38,205 bases of DNA, taken from the IMG/VR virus record IMGVR_UViG_3300045988_170321, positions 1 through 38,205 of that record; one strand, 5' to 3'. The DNA comes from a virus. Both the position numbers and the translations under genes were made by a program. Below are positions 24,682 through 34,496 of this stretch, piece by piece (position 1 is the first letter of the stretch; the number at the start of each line of letters is the position of its first letter). Under the pieces are notes generated by a model that was given only the letters and a program-made list of their open reading frames with translations, searched no databases and was not told the DNA's origin.

Positions 24682-25923
24682 ATGGGTGCAGAGAAATCAA
24701 GAGACCTTATTAAGCTTGACAAGGAAAAAATGAGCGAGAAGCTTTCCGTTGCCATGAAGTCGGAGAACACCGAAGAGGCTGCAAAGGCCATGACCGAATT
24801 TGCTGACATGATACAGCAGAGCATTATCAGCGAGGCACGTGCCCTTAATGCAGAGAGTGCGGCGGACAAGAGCATTCTTGCGGCAAGAGGCGTAAGACAG
24901 CTTACAAGCACCGAGCAGAAGTATTTTGAGCAGGCCATTGAGGCTATGAAGGGCGATAATGTAAAGCAGGCACTGACCAACATTGAGGTGGCAATGCCCA
25001 TTACCTACATTGACAGCGTTTTTGACGAGCTTGTGCAGGAGCACCCTCTCCTGGCGGCTATCACATTTGTGAACACCAGCGGCTCTGTAAAGATGATCGT
25101 AAACAAGGGCGGTATCCAGCTGGCGGTATGGGGCAAGCTCACCGACTCCTACAAGACCGAGCTTTCAGGCTCCATTGAGGAGATAGATGCGGGACTTTAC
25201 AAGTTACAGGCATTTATCCCTGTTGCAAAGGCTATGCTTGACCTGGGCCCTGCATGGCTCGACAAATACATTCGCACTATCCTCTCGGAAGCACTTTTCT
25301 TTGGCATTGAGAAGGCGATCATTTCCGGAACGGGCAAGGACGAGCCTATAGGCATCAACCGTGTTGTAGGCAGCACTTCCAGCGTTTCCGCAGGAGTTTA
25401 CTCCGAAAAGGAAGCTATCAAGGTAACAAGCTTTGAGCCTGCATCTTACGGTGCTCTTTGCTCACGCCTGGCGACAAACTCCGAAAGCGGACTTTCAAGA
25501 ACGGTAACAGGGCTTATTCTTATTGTAAATCCTGTGGATTACCTCAAGGTCATCATGCCTGCCACAACTATGCTCACACCCTCGGGCGTATATGTACGTG
25601 ATATTTTCCCTGTGCCCACACAGGTTATCCAGTCACAGGAGTGCGCACAGGGCAAGGCATATCTCGGAATGGCAAAGCGCTACTTCATGGCTCTGGGGTC
25701 TGCAAAAAACGGCAAGATCGAGTATGATGACAGCGTGCAGTTTATGGAGGACAACCGTGTATATGCCATCAAGATGTACGGCAACGGTATGCCCCTTGAC
25801 AACAACGGCTTCATCACCCTTGACATTTCGGAACTCAAGCCTCTCAGATACAATGTTACCACGCTTACCGAGACCCTTGACAAGTTGACAGAGAGCACTA
25901 CCACCGAAGATGGCAAAAAGTAA
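24682..25923 (+). CDS. Major capsid protein, HK97 family
   Basis: Called from size and position after the protease. The start is placed at the second ATG, behind GAAGGAGGA. Confidence 0.8.
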   Translation: MGAEKSRDLIKLDKEKMSEKLSVAMKSENTEEAAKAMTEFADMIQQSIISEARALNAESAADKSILAARGVRQLTSTEQKYFEQAIEAMKGDNVKQALTNIEVAMPITYIDSVFDELVQEHPLLAAITFVNTSGSVKMIVNKGGIQLAVWGKLTDSYKTELSGSIEEIDAGLYKLQAFIPVAKAMLDLGPAWLDKYIRTILSEALFFGIEKAIISGTGKDEPIGINRVVGSTSSVSAGVYSEKEAIKVTSFEPASYGALCSRLATNSESGLSRTVTGLILIVNPVDYLKVIMPATTMLTPSGVYVRDIFPVPTQVIQSQECAQGKAYLGMAKRYFMALGSAKNGKIEYDDSVQFMEDNRVYAIKMYGNGMPLDNNGFITLDISELKPLRYNVTTLTETLDKLTESTTTEDGKK

Positions 25924-25938
25924 AGGGAGAGGTAAGGC

Positions 25939-26289
25939 ATGGCAGGCTATGTGATGGACAATGTCTCCGCCGAGGAGATAGCAAAGCTTATCGGCGATGT
26001 GCTCGGGATCCCTGCGGCTGAGGAATTTTACACAAAGACCGAGGCACCTTATGCGGCAGTGCTTACGCCCGCCGCAAGGGTCTCGGCTCCCGATATGGGA
26101 AGATATTACGCAAGGACCCAGAGATACAGGATAGAGCTGTACACCAAGACAAAGGCGGACACTCTCAGAGAGAGGTTCAAGGACCTTATTTACAGCACTA
26201 TCCCTGCAGGGGAGTTTGATGAAGAGGAAGTAAGCTACTCCTCCGACCGTCTCTATCTGACGGCAATAGAGTTTGAGATCATGGAATAG
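25939..26289 (+). CDS. Hypothetical head-tail joining / tail terminator-like protein
   Basis: Called from context only. Confidence 0.3.
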   Translation: MAGYVMDNVSAEEIAKLIGDVLGIPAAEEFYTKTEAPYAAVLTPAARVSAPDMGRYYARTQRYRIELYTKTKADTLRERFKDLIYSTIPAGEFDEEEVSYSSDRLYLTAIEFEIME

Positions 26290-26299
26290 GAGTGATAAC

Positions 26300-26941
26300 A
26301 TGAGCGAACAGGTTACTACACGAGTTTTCAAAGGATCGGGATACATATTTGCAAGAAAGCACAGCGCATCTGTATCGTTTCCCAAGGTGGCAGATATGGC
26401 CTCGATGACGAAGGTAGAGGCGGAAGCTATTGACGCATATATCCGTGCTCTTGCGGTGGCGGACAACGAGCTGGGATATCTTAAAAACGGCATTACTATT
26501 ACCGAGACCCTTACGCCCCTGGAAGATCAGGATGACATGGGCCGCCTTAAGGTGGCAGATATCCAGGATGAAAAGGGCAATGCGGCATTTGCACTCTTTA
26601 ATGCCAATGCAAAGACCATCTCGAAGATCCACCCTCTGGCAAAGGCGGCAGAAAACACAGAAGCGGGCATAAAGCTCACGAACCTGGGCGGTATTGCCAA
26701 CAAGGACGATTCGGCTTACGATATCCTTTTTGTACACCCCGATACCGATCTGGGCGATATCTGTGTTTATACCCTGGGCAAGAATATTTCGGGACTTACG
26801 CTGCAGTTCCAGCCCAACCAGGTAACGCCTCTGAACTGCACCTATGCGGCTCAGGCTATTGACACAACAGGCGTTCTGTACAAGGTGAGCGAGCACATGG
26901 CGGGCAAGCCCATATATGAGCCGGGCAAAGATCAGGGCTGA
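26300..26941 (+). CDS. Putative major tail (tube) protein
   Basis: Called from its position before the tape measure gene. GGAGTGATAAC RBS upstream. Confidence 0.55.
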   Translation: MSEQVTTRVFKGSGYIFARKHSASVSFPKVADMASMTKVEAEAIDAYIRALAVADNELGYLKNGITITETLTPLEDQDDMGRLKVADIQDEKGNAAFALFNANAKTISKIHPLAKAAENTEAGIKLTNLGGIANKDDSAYDILFVHPDTDLGDICVYTLGKNISGLTLQFQPNQVTPLNCTYAAQAIDTTGVLYKVSEHMAGKPIYEPGKDQG

Positions 26942-26968
26942 TAAGGAAATAAATTTATGTAAAGCGGG

Positions 26969-27004
26969 AGGGACAGGCACATTCATTGCGGCTGTCCCTT
27001 TTTT
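26969..27004 (+). terminator. Rho-independent terminator or attenuator after the tail tube gene
   Basis: An 8-bp stem pairs AGGGACAG with CTGTCCCT, followed by a T-run. Confidence 0.6.
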
Positions 27005-27021
27005 GACACAGGGAGGCACGT

Positions 27022-30000
27022 ATGGGAAAATTCGGCTTTACTGCGGTGATAGGTGCCGACTATTCGGCGCTCAACAACGCCATGAAGGAGATAGTCAGCA
27101 GCTCCAAGAAGCTCAACTCGGAGCTTAAGCAGATAAACAGCGCTCTTAAGCTTGACCCCGAAAATGCTGTGCTTGCGGCGCAGAAGCTTGAAGTCATGGG
27201 CGATGCCGCAAAGGAAGCGCAGAAAAAAATCGAAAAGCTGGAATCCCAGCAGGAAGCTATGAACAAGGCTCTGCAGAACGGGGATATAAGCGCTGAGTAT
27301 TACAGGGAGTATCAGAGGGAGATTGAAAGGGCCGAAAGGACTGTAAGAGAGTTTACAAAGGCACAGAATGAGGCTCAAAAGGCGGCAGAGGACTCGGCGC
27401 AGGCACTGGCGGAAGCTCAAAAGGCAGCGGAAAATCCGGCTCACACACTGAGGGAGGCTTTAAAAGAAATCGACAGCAGCTCCAAAGAACTCAAAATTGA
27501 GATGGAGCAGATAAACAGCGCACTTAAGCTTGACCCGGAAAATATCATGCTTGCAGCACAGAAAATGGAGGTACTGAAGCAGTCCGCAGAGCAGGCGGAA
27601 AAGAAGCTGGCAGAGCTGACGAAGCAGCAGGAAGCAATGAATGCGGCTCTTAATGCAGGTGAGATATCCGACAGTGATTACCGAGAATATCAGCGTGAAA
27701 TAGAAAAATGCAGCAGGACCATAAAAGAGTACAGGCAGGCAAATGAGCAGGCGGCAAACGCTGCCCAAAAGCAGAGTAATGCGTTTGAAGAGCTGAAAAG
27801 TTCAAGTGCCGACCTCGATAAGACTTACACAAACGCCTTAAACGAACTTAAAGAAGTCCGCTCGGCTATGAACTCCACTGGAGAATCCTCGGTGCTGTTC
27901 AGGCAGAAAATGCAGCTTTTACAAACTGCATCAGATGCACTCAAAGCCAAGCTTGAAATGCTTAAAAATGCGCAGGAACAAATGAAAAGCGCATTTGAGA
28001 ATGGCAATATTTCAGGGGAAGAATACAGGGAGTTCCAGCGTGAGATTGAAAACACAACTGCTGAGTTAAAATTGCTTGGCAATGAGGCTCCGAACGCTTC
28101 CCAGTCTGTAGGCGGATTTGGGGACACGGTCAAGGCCATAATCACTTCCAAGGCTATTATCGGACTGGCAGAGGGCGCAAAAGCGGCGGCAGAGGCGCTT
28201 ATCGACCTGGGAAAATCATCTGTTGAAAGCTATGGAGAGCTGGAACAGAACCTGGGCGGTGCCGACGCTGTTTTCGGGCAGTATTCGGAAAGCATCAAAA
28301 AGACCGCCGAGGACGCATATAAGACCATGGGAACGTCCCAGTCGGAATATCTGGCAACGGCAAACAAGATGGGTGCGCTCTTCCAGGGTTCGGGCGTGGA
28401 ACAGCAGAAGTCGCTGGAGCTTACCGAAAAGGCTATGCAGCGTGCCACGGATATGGCATCTGTTATGGGTATTGAAACCTCTGCGGCATTGGAGGCAGTG
28501 ACGGGAGCGGCAAAAGGCAACTACACCATGATGGATAATCTGGGTGTTGCCATGAATGCAACGACCCTGAAAGCATACACGCTTTCCAAGGGGCTTGACG
28601 TTGCCTGGGACAGCGCCTCGAACGCCCAGAAGGCTGAAATAGCCATGCAGTATTTTTTTGAGAATACAGAGCAGTATGCGGGCAACTTTGAGCGTGAAGC
28701 GAGAGAGACTGTAAGCGGATCTATCGGTTTGCTTACCGCCTCGATAGAAAGCCTTATGGCAGGGCTGGGAAATTCCGAGGCTGATATCGTCAATCTGACG
28801 CAGAATGTTATTGATGCGTTCGGCAGTGTAAAGGATAACGTAATGCCTGTATTGCAGGCAGTGTCTGATGCTCTTCCGCAGGTGGCGCAGGAGCTGGTTG
28901 AGGCTATTCCCGAGGTTATTCCCGAGGTTGCGGGAATGGCGGAGGAGATAATCGCCGCACTGGGAGAGGGGCTGGAAGCACAGCTGCCGAACATTACAGA
29001 CATGGCGGTAGAGCTGCTTACGGCATTTGCGCAGAAGCTTACAGAGGCACTGCCTGCTATTGCCGACGGTGCTGTGCTTATAGTTACGACCCTGGCTGAC
29101 GGCATAGGCGAGGCGCTGCCCGACCTGGTCCCTGCGGCTGTGGAGGCTGTTGTTAAAATAGCAGAATCGCTGCTCGACAACATAGACGTTATTCTCGATG
29201 CCGCCCTAAAGATCATCGAGGGGCTGACCGAGGGGCTTTTCAGGGCGTTGCCCGGGCTTTTACAGGAAGCGCCCACGATCATTGCCAAGCTTGGTACGGC
29301 GCTGATAGATGCAGCGTATGAAATTATCATCGGTGTGCCCGAGGCTATTGTTAACGGCATTGTTGATGGTCTTGGCGGATATGACTGGACGGGCGGTGCA
29401 GACAAGGCTATAGGAAACCTCAAAGCAGCGCTTGATAAAGCGGCAGAGAAGTGGAATATATCGGAAATATGGGCAGACAAGATAGTTGCCGATGATGGCT
29501 ATGAGGTACTGGGGTCTCAGGACGAGGCGGAAGCACGGCTTGATGCTGCTCTGAAAGAGCTTGAAGAAAAGCGTGGTCAGATACCCGAGGAGTACAGGCA
29601 GATACAGGAAGAGCTTAAAAAGGGAGCGGAAGAGACTGCTGACAAGCTGGCGGACACAAGCACCGAGATAGCTGAGGCGGCAGGGACTGCGGCTGATGTT
29701 GGTGTTTCGGAGACAAAGAGCGAAAATGGCGGCGATGAAAGCGGTGTAAATCAGAAGTCTGATATGCTCGACAAGGAGCTTGAAGAGCTTGAACACAAGT
29801 ACAAGACCCACAAGGTAACGGAAGAGCAATACTGGGCTGAGAGAAAAAGCACTCTTGAAAAATACCGTGATGATAACAGTGAGGAATGGAATGCTCTATA
29901 CGACAAAGTAACTGAGCATTATACCAAGCTTGCGGAGGCTGAGAAAAAGGCAAAGGAAGCGGCTTTGAAAGAAGATACCGCCGAGGCCAAGAAGCGATTT

Positions 30001-30951
30001 GATGCGCTGTACTCTCAGCTCAGCGATGAAAAGATCACACGGGAGCAGTTCAATGATGAATATGCCGCTCTTACGGAAGAGCTTGCTCAGAAACAGATAG
30101 ACATCTCGGAATATGCTTCCGATAAAATAGCATCATATGACGAGAAAGTCCGCAAGGAGGAAATGACTGCCTGGGAGAAAGCTTCAAAGGAAATAACGGA
30201 CAAAATAACCAAGACCTATGAAAATGTCACACAGGCATATGAAAAGGCGAAAAGTCAGCTCATTTCCTCGGCAAAGCTCATTGACCAAAAGGTCACGGAC
30301 ACATCGGGAGCAGACAGATATATCCTTACGGACTTTGAGAAAAAGCGCAAGGAGCTTGCAAAATACCGCAAGGACCTTGAAAAGCTCAAAGAGACGGGCA
30401 TTTCCGACGACCTTATGGAGCAGGTGATGAGCCTGAGCTATGACAGTGGAGAACGCCAGGGATATATTTCCGAATTACTTAAAATGAGTGACAGCCAGAG
30501 GAAAAAATATTACAAGGACGTTGATGCGTTCTATGCCGAGGCTGACAAGACTGCCGCATTCGAGGTACAGGACGATCTCACTGAGGCGGACAGGATAGCC
30601 AAAGAGGGCATTGAAAGCATATATGGCAGTATGCCTGCCGACGCATATCAGAAGGGCGTTGAAACGGCACAGTCGTACATTGATGGCATTAACAAGACCA
30701 TGGCGGACGCTGATGCGCTCAGGTCCATGGGCTCGGATTTCGGGGAGCGGAGCCAGAACAGCAAAATGCAGTCGGCTGCATCGGGAAGCTCGGGCAGCAC
30801 CTATTCGCCGTCGGGCACGGCACAGGGCGGCAAGAGCAGCTTCTACAGCGGAGATACGAAGATCGTTATCAATGTTGCGGGCAAGAATGTGATAGTAAGC
30901 ACCATTGAGGAGCTTATCCGCAAGGGCAGACTGGCTGACAGCAGGAGGTGA
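27022..30951 (+). CDS. Tail tape measure protein (1309 aa) with three N-terminal tandem repeats of about 107-126 aa
   Basis: The call rests on length, coiled-coil composition and an Ala/Gly-rich central hydrophobic region. Repeated motifs are INSALKLDPEN and Y/F-R-E-Y/F-QREIE. Confidence 0.85.
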   Translation: MGKFGFTAVIGADYSALNNAMKEIVSSSKKLNSELKQINSALKLDPENAVLAAQKLEVMGDAAKEAQKKIEKLESQQEAMNKALQNGDISAEYYREYQREIERAERTVREFTKAQNEAQKAAEDSAQALAEAQKAAENPAHTLREALKEIDSSSKELKIEMEQINSALKLDPENIMLAAQKMEVLKQSAEQAEKKLAELTKQQEAMNAALNAGEISDSDYREYQREIEKCSRTIKEYRQANEQAANAAQKQSNAFEELKSSSADLDKTYTNALNELKEVRSAMNSTGESSVLFRQKMQLLQTASDALKAKLEMLKNAQEQMKSAFENGNISGEEYREFQREIENTTAELKLLGNEAPNASQSVGGFGDTVKAIITSKAIIGLAEGAKAAAEALIDLGKSSVESYGELEQNLGGADAVFGQYSESIKKTAEDAYKTMGTSQSEYLATANKMGALFQGSGVEQQKSLELTEKAMQRATDMASVMGIETSAALEAVTGAAKGNYTMMDNLGVAMNATTLKAYTLSKGLDVAWDSASNAQKAEIAMQYFFENTEQYAGNFEREARETVSGSIGLLTASIESLMAGLGNSEADIVNLTQNVIDAFGSVKDNVMPVLQAVSDALPQVAQELVEAIPEVIPEVAGMAEEIIAALGEGLEAQLPNITDMAVELLTAFAQKLTEALPAIADGAVLIVTTLADGIGEALPDLVPAAVEAVVKIAESLLDNIDVILDAALKIIEGLTEGLFRALPGLLQEAPTIIAKLGTALIDAAYEIIIGVPEAIVNGIVDGLGGYDWTGGADKAIGNLKAALDKAAEKWNISEIWADKIVADDGYEVLGSQDEAEARLDAALKELEEKRGQIPEEYRQIQEELKKGAEETADKLADTSTEIAEAAGTAADVGVSETKSENGGDESGVNQKSDMLDKELEELEHKYKTHKVTEEQYWAERKSTLEKYRDDNSEEWNALYDKVTEHYTKLAEAEKKAKEAALKEDTAEAKKRFDALYSQLSDEKITREQFNDEYAALTEELAQKQIDISEYASDKIASYDEKVRKEEMTAWEKASKEITDKITKTYENVTQAYEKAKSQLISSAKLIDQKVTDTSGADRYILTDFEKKRKELAKYRKDLEKLKETGISDDLMEQVMSLSYDSGERQGYISELLKMSDSQRKKYYKDVDAFYAEADKTAAFEVQDDLTEADRIAKEGIESIYGSMPADAYQKGVETAQSYIDGINKTMADADALRSMGSDFGERSQNSKMQSAASGSSGSTYSPSGTAQGGKSSFYSGDTKIVINVAGKNVIVSTIEELIRKGRLADSRR

Positions 30952-31337
30952 AAAGTGTGTCAAAGGAATTTAATGGCGGATACACTATCAAGATAAACGG
31001 TACGGAGTGGGAGCTGCTGAACGGATACTCTCCGTCCTGGGCGGAGGAAGAGGCCGAGAACTTTGAAAACTATGACTTTTCGGATTTTACTCAGTTAAAG
31101 GGTGTTCGCTTCTCGGCGGCGTTCAAGGTGGGAAATCTTTCGGAAGAGGATAAAAGCGCTCTGCTTGATCTTCTGGCTTCACGCCTGGTGAGCATAGAGT
31201 GTCCCGATTACAAGGGAAATGTAAAAATAAGCGGCGTATCGGCTGAGCTTATCGCCGCAAAAAGTCTCGGAAAATGGTATTCGGTATCTTTCAATGCCGC
31301 CGCAGTTGCGCTCACGCCTCTCGGCGGCGGGCTTTAG
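30948..31337 (+). CDS. Hypothetical tail protein (GTG start)
   Basis: Overlaps the tape measure stop codon. Confidence 0.45.
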   Translation: MKSVSKEFNGGYTIKINGTEWELLNGYSPSWAEEEAENFENYDFSDFTQLKGVRFSAAFKVGNLSEEDKSALLDLLASRLVSIECPDYKGNVKISGVSAELIAAKSLGKWYSVSFNAAAVALTPLGGGL

Positions 31338-31341
31338 CCTG

Positions 31342-32355
31342 GTGCTTACTGCGGGAGGCACTGAGGTCACCAGGTTCGGCAATATCACTGTGACAAAGGC
31401 TGTTGACGGGCTGGGAACGTCGGGAATATGCACTTCTCAGCTTTCGTTCGAGACCCCTGCTCCGTTTAATGCTTACAGGGCAGCTCCTGTTGTTCTTACG
31501 GGAGTTTCGGGCGTAGGAAAATACTATATTGACAGCAGGTCGCAAAGCGGCGGCGTGGTGACGGTGACGTGCCTCGACCGCATGGCTTTTTCCGATGAGG
31601 ATTTCCCATATGCTTCCATAGACAGCTCGGTGCCTAAGAATGTTCCCATAAACACCGTAATGGATCTTATCATACGGACTGTAGGAGAGCTTACCGGGTG
31701 GGGCGGCATTCCCTCATGGCTTACGTCTATTTCCAGGACTGAGCTTCAAGGGACCTGTTCCGATATCCTTACAAAGATATCGGAGGCGTGCTGCGGCGTA
31801 TTCTACATAACAGATGAGCAGAACCTGCAGTTCCTTCCTTACGGCAATACCTCCGGGCAGGTGAATGCAGACGTACATACGGCGCTTGATGTTGGCTGTG
31901 AATTTACGGCGGCGGGCATCAAATGCACTGACGGTGACGGAAATGTTATCACAAGAGGCGACGCTTCGAGGAAGTACGACAGCATTTGCATAGCCTCAGA
32001 GCTTATCACTGACAGCGGCTGCGAGGAGATATGGGGACGTGCCGAAAACTATACCCACGCTGCATATTCCTGCCAAAGGTGCAGACTTGACGGTATCCCG
32101 CCTACGGGTGGAACGGTAAATTTTGCGGGGAGCGGCATCATGCGTGCAGGATCTGTTACGGCAAGCATCAGCAAGGCGGGAATATTTGCGGAGGTGAGCA
32201 ATCCTGAGCCGTCGGATTCCGAGATAGGCATGAGAGGACGCAATCTGCGTGAGAGCGACAGCAAGGTAAGGTATGGACGCAGCGGTGCCATGATGTTTAC
32301 CAAATATCAGGGCGTTGTGATGGTGGACGGAGAGGAGAAGGTTAACAGTGGCTGA
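31342..32355 (+). CDS. Putative tail tip / baseplate protein (start uncertain)
   Basis: Called from context only. Confidence 0.45.
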   Translation: MLTAGGTEVTRFGNITVTKAVDGLGTSGICTSQLSFETPAPFNAYRAAPVVLTGVSGVGKYYIDSRSQSGGVVTVTCLDRMAFSDEDFPYASIDSSVPKNVPINTVMDLIIRTVGELTGWGGIPSWLTSISRTELQGTCSDILTKISEACCGVFYITDEQNLQFLPYGNTSGQVNADVHTALDVGCEFTAAGIKCTDGDGNVITRGDASRKYDSICIASELITDSGCEEIWGRAENYTHAAYSCQRCRLDGIPPTGGTVNFAGSGIMRAGSVTASISKAGIFAEVSNPEPSDSEIGMRGRNLRESDSKVRYGRSGAMMFTKYQGVVMVDGEEKVNSG

Positions 32356-32581
32356 TAACGACGGATATCCTTTCGTGTCCTATGGCGAGGGGCTGTTTTT
32401 TGACGGCGGGGACATACACTGTCGATATCCTTGTCTGTCATTTGAACGCATTGATGGCGAGACTTCGGGCAAAGCAATATACGAATATGGACCGTACATT
32501 ATTACAGTGACGTATGATATTGACGGCGGGAAACGGAAGAATGCCCACTGGACACGGGTTTACAAGGAGGCGGGAACATGA
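32348..32581 (+). CDS. Hypothetical tail-module protein
   Basis: Overlapping, coupled ORF. Confidence 0.4.
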   Translation: MADNDGYPFVSYGEGLFFDGGDIHCRYPCLSFERIDGETSGKAIYEYGPYIITVTYDIDGGKRKNAHWTRVYKEAGT

Positions 32582-33369
32582 TATTAGACGGTGGGCTTAT
32601 TTTACAAGCGTTGGCGGGCGGGGGAAGCTCGGGAGGTGGCAAGGTCAAGCCCATAACTATAACGGAAAACGGCACATACAATGTTTCCGACGCTGAAAAG
32701 GCTGAGGGGTATGTTGGATTTGCGCCTGTGACGGTTGATGTGCCGCAGAGCTGTTTGAATATGTGTGATTTGTTTGAGCAGCAGACACCAATCGCAGTTA
32801 TACCGCTGTTTGGAGACTACACCGCCAAACTGGTACAGCTGCCTGAGGGGGTATGGCAAAGTCGGATTAGACAATACCAAACCTACATTTATGAAAATAA
32901 TTATGAAACCTATTGTAGCGATGATAGAAAAATCATTACTTGCATTCTAGGTGTTTATCGTGGCGATACACTGCTTTATCTTGGCTATCCCACAACTAGT
33001 GATAGTTCGCAGGACGGTTACAGTGCAGAGAATGTTTATGACGATGACGGCAACATTATAGCGGTAAATGTGTGGAAATCGCACAATGTGATGTGGACGT
33101 ACCGATTTTCTGAGATGACTGTTTCAGAAAATGTAAATATCACATCATTTTATAAATACATACAGGTGCCAACGGCAGGGATTACAACCTATTACGCATC
33201 GGATGGTACAGTGACAGAAAACACATTTAAAAACACGTGGAATTTAACCATTAGTGTGGGTGGTTCTGATTGGTGGTTCACCCGATTTACGGGCGATGAA
33301 CTGATAGCCCAAATGGATATCTGTGCGCAAGATGTATATGCTGAGTATCGGAAAAGACAATCAACCTAA
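32578..33369 (+). CDS. Putative tail fibre / receptor-binding protein
   Basis: The N-terminus carries ITITENGTYNV...GYVGFAPVTVDVP, a motif common in tail fibre proteins. The C-terminal part is more AT-rich. Confidence 0.45.
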   Translation: MILDGGLILQALAGGGSSGGGKVKPITITENGTYNVSDAEKAEGYVGFAPVTVDVPQSCLNMCDLFEQQTPIAVIPLFGDYTAKLVQLPEGVWQSRIRQYQTYIYENNYETYCSDDRKIITCILGVYRGDTLLYLGYPTTSDSSQDGYSAENVYDDDGNIIAVNVWKSHNVMWTYRFSEMTVSENVNITSFYKYIQVPTAGITTYYASDGTVTENTFKNTWNLTISVGGSDWWFTRFTGDELIAQMDICAQDVYAEYRKRQST

Positions 33370-33385
33370 GGAGGATATTTTATTT

Positions 33386-33784
33386 ATGGTAAAAGAAGTA
33401 AAAGGCTGCAACAGGGTCATCGAGATCACCCTTGACGGCACTGAATGTGCTGTGAAATTTGATGCCAAATACAACGGTTTCGATATCCGCAACAAGTCAG
33501 GCAAGGATATCACAGTATCCCTGAAATCAGGTGCTGCCAAGGGTGATGATGGCGTTATCACCATTGGAGACGGCGAGACGTTCAACTATATGCACATGAT
33601 GGGGCTGGACACTGTATATATCACAGGTTCGGGTGCTGTGGCGGTAGCTGCCAAGAATGAGGCTGCGGCAAATTTTAAGGTTGTTCGGAGAGGGGGTGGA
33701 AGCGGGTATATGACAGGCAATTTAACATTTGGCGGCATTGTGTCAGATATTTATGATATTGGCAGCCCTGCTGTCATCGGATAA
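33386..33784 (+). CDS. Hypothetical tail-module protein
   Basis: AAGGAGG RBS upstream. Confidence 0.45.
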   Translation: MVKEVKGCNRVIEITLDGTECAVKFDAKYNGFDIRNKSGKDITVSLKSGAAKGDDGVITIGDGETFNYMHMMGLDTVYITGSGAVAVAAKNEAAANFKVVRRGGGSGYMTGNLTFGGIVSDIYDIGSPAVIG

Positions 33785-33804
33785 TTTTTTAGGAGGTAAA
33801 ATTT

Positions 33805-34470
33805 ATGGCAGATATCAAAACCTATCAGCCGTCTATTGATCTCCCTGCGGCTAATCATAACCGTGCGGGATATTATGCGGCGGTCAAAAGCATTATATCA
33901 TCGTTGGCAGATGATATTTCCGAATATTGCACCGTAGTTTATGATGACACCAATTACAGGATCACATTTACGCCAACAGCTGAAAACATCAATGACCATC
34001 ATATAGCGTGGGAGGTTACATCAGCTGACTGGTTGCAGGTTGGTGACTACATAGGATCGGGCAGTATCGGAAATCTGTCATCACAGCAGTTTAACTCCGA
34101 CCCTAAAATGTATTTTTATTTCGGTAATAACGTATTCTTTATGGGCATGGGCGCTACTGTTTTTGCGTGTGGTATAATCACAACGACATCATACGACGGC
34201 GTAATTACACCTATGTATTTTGACCGCAATATGCACTTCTACGTATCTAATTCAGACGCTAAGCTGAGTTTTACAAGTGCACAACACCGTGATAATAACA
34301 CATCAACAAAATTCTGCATTAAGCCGTTTACATTTGGTTCGCTGGGTTTAATCGGCAATGATGTATTTTATTACGATGGCGGTGCGGGTACTATTCCAAC
34401 ACAGACTGTTTTTAGCATAAATGCCGATAGCTATATTTGCATTTTGTATAATATTCTGTTCAGACTTTAA
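33805..34470 (+). CDS. Hypothetical tail-module protein
   Basis: AGGAGGT RBS upstream. Confidence 0.45.
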   Translation: MADIKTYQPSIDLPAANHNRAGYYAAVKSIISSLADDISEYCTVVYDDTNYRITFTPTAENINDHHIAWEVTSADWLQVGDYIGSGSIGNLSSQQFNSDPKMYFYFGNNVFFMGMGATVFACGIITTTSYDGVITPMYFDRNMHFYVSNSDAKLSFTSAQHRDNNTSTKFCIKPFTFGSLGLIGNDVFYYDGGAGTIPTQTVFSINADSYICILYNILFRL

Positions 34471-34496
34471 CTTTAATCGTGATTGGAGGAATGGAA

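Noticed and set aside
30948-31344. Possible programmed frameshift joining ORF 30948-31337 to ORF 31294-32355.
   Set aside because: No slippery heptamer was seen in the 44-nt overlap. A GTG start at 31342 just after the upstream stop explains the arrangement.
30948-34470. Diversity-generating retroelement targeting the tail fibre genes, which is common in gut phages.
   Set aside because: No reverse transcriptase ORF and no template/variable repeat pair were seen anywhere in the window.
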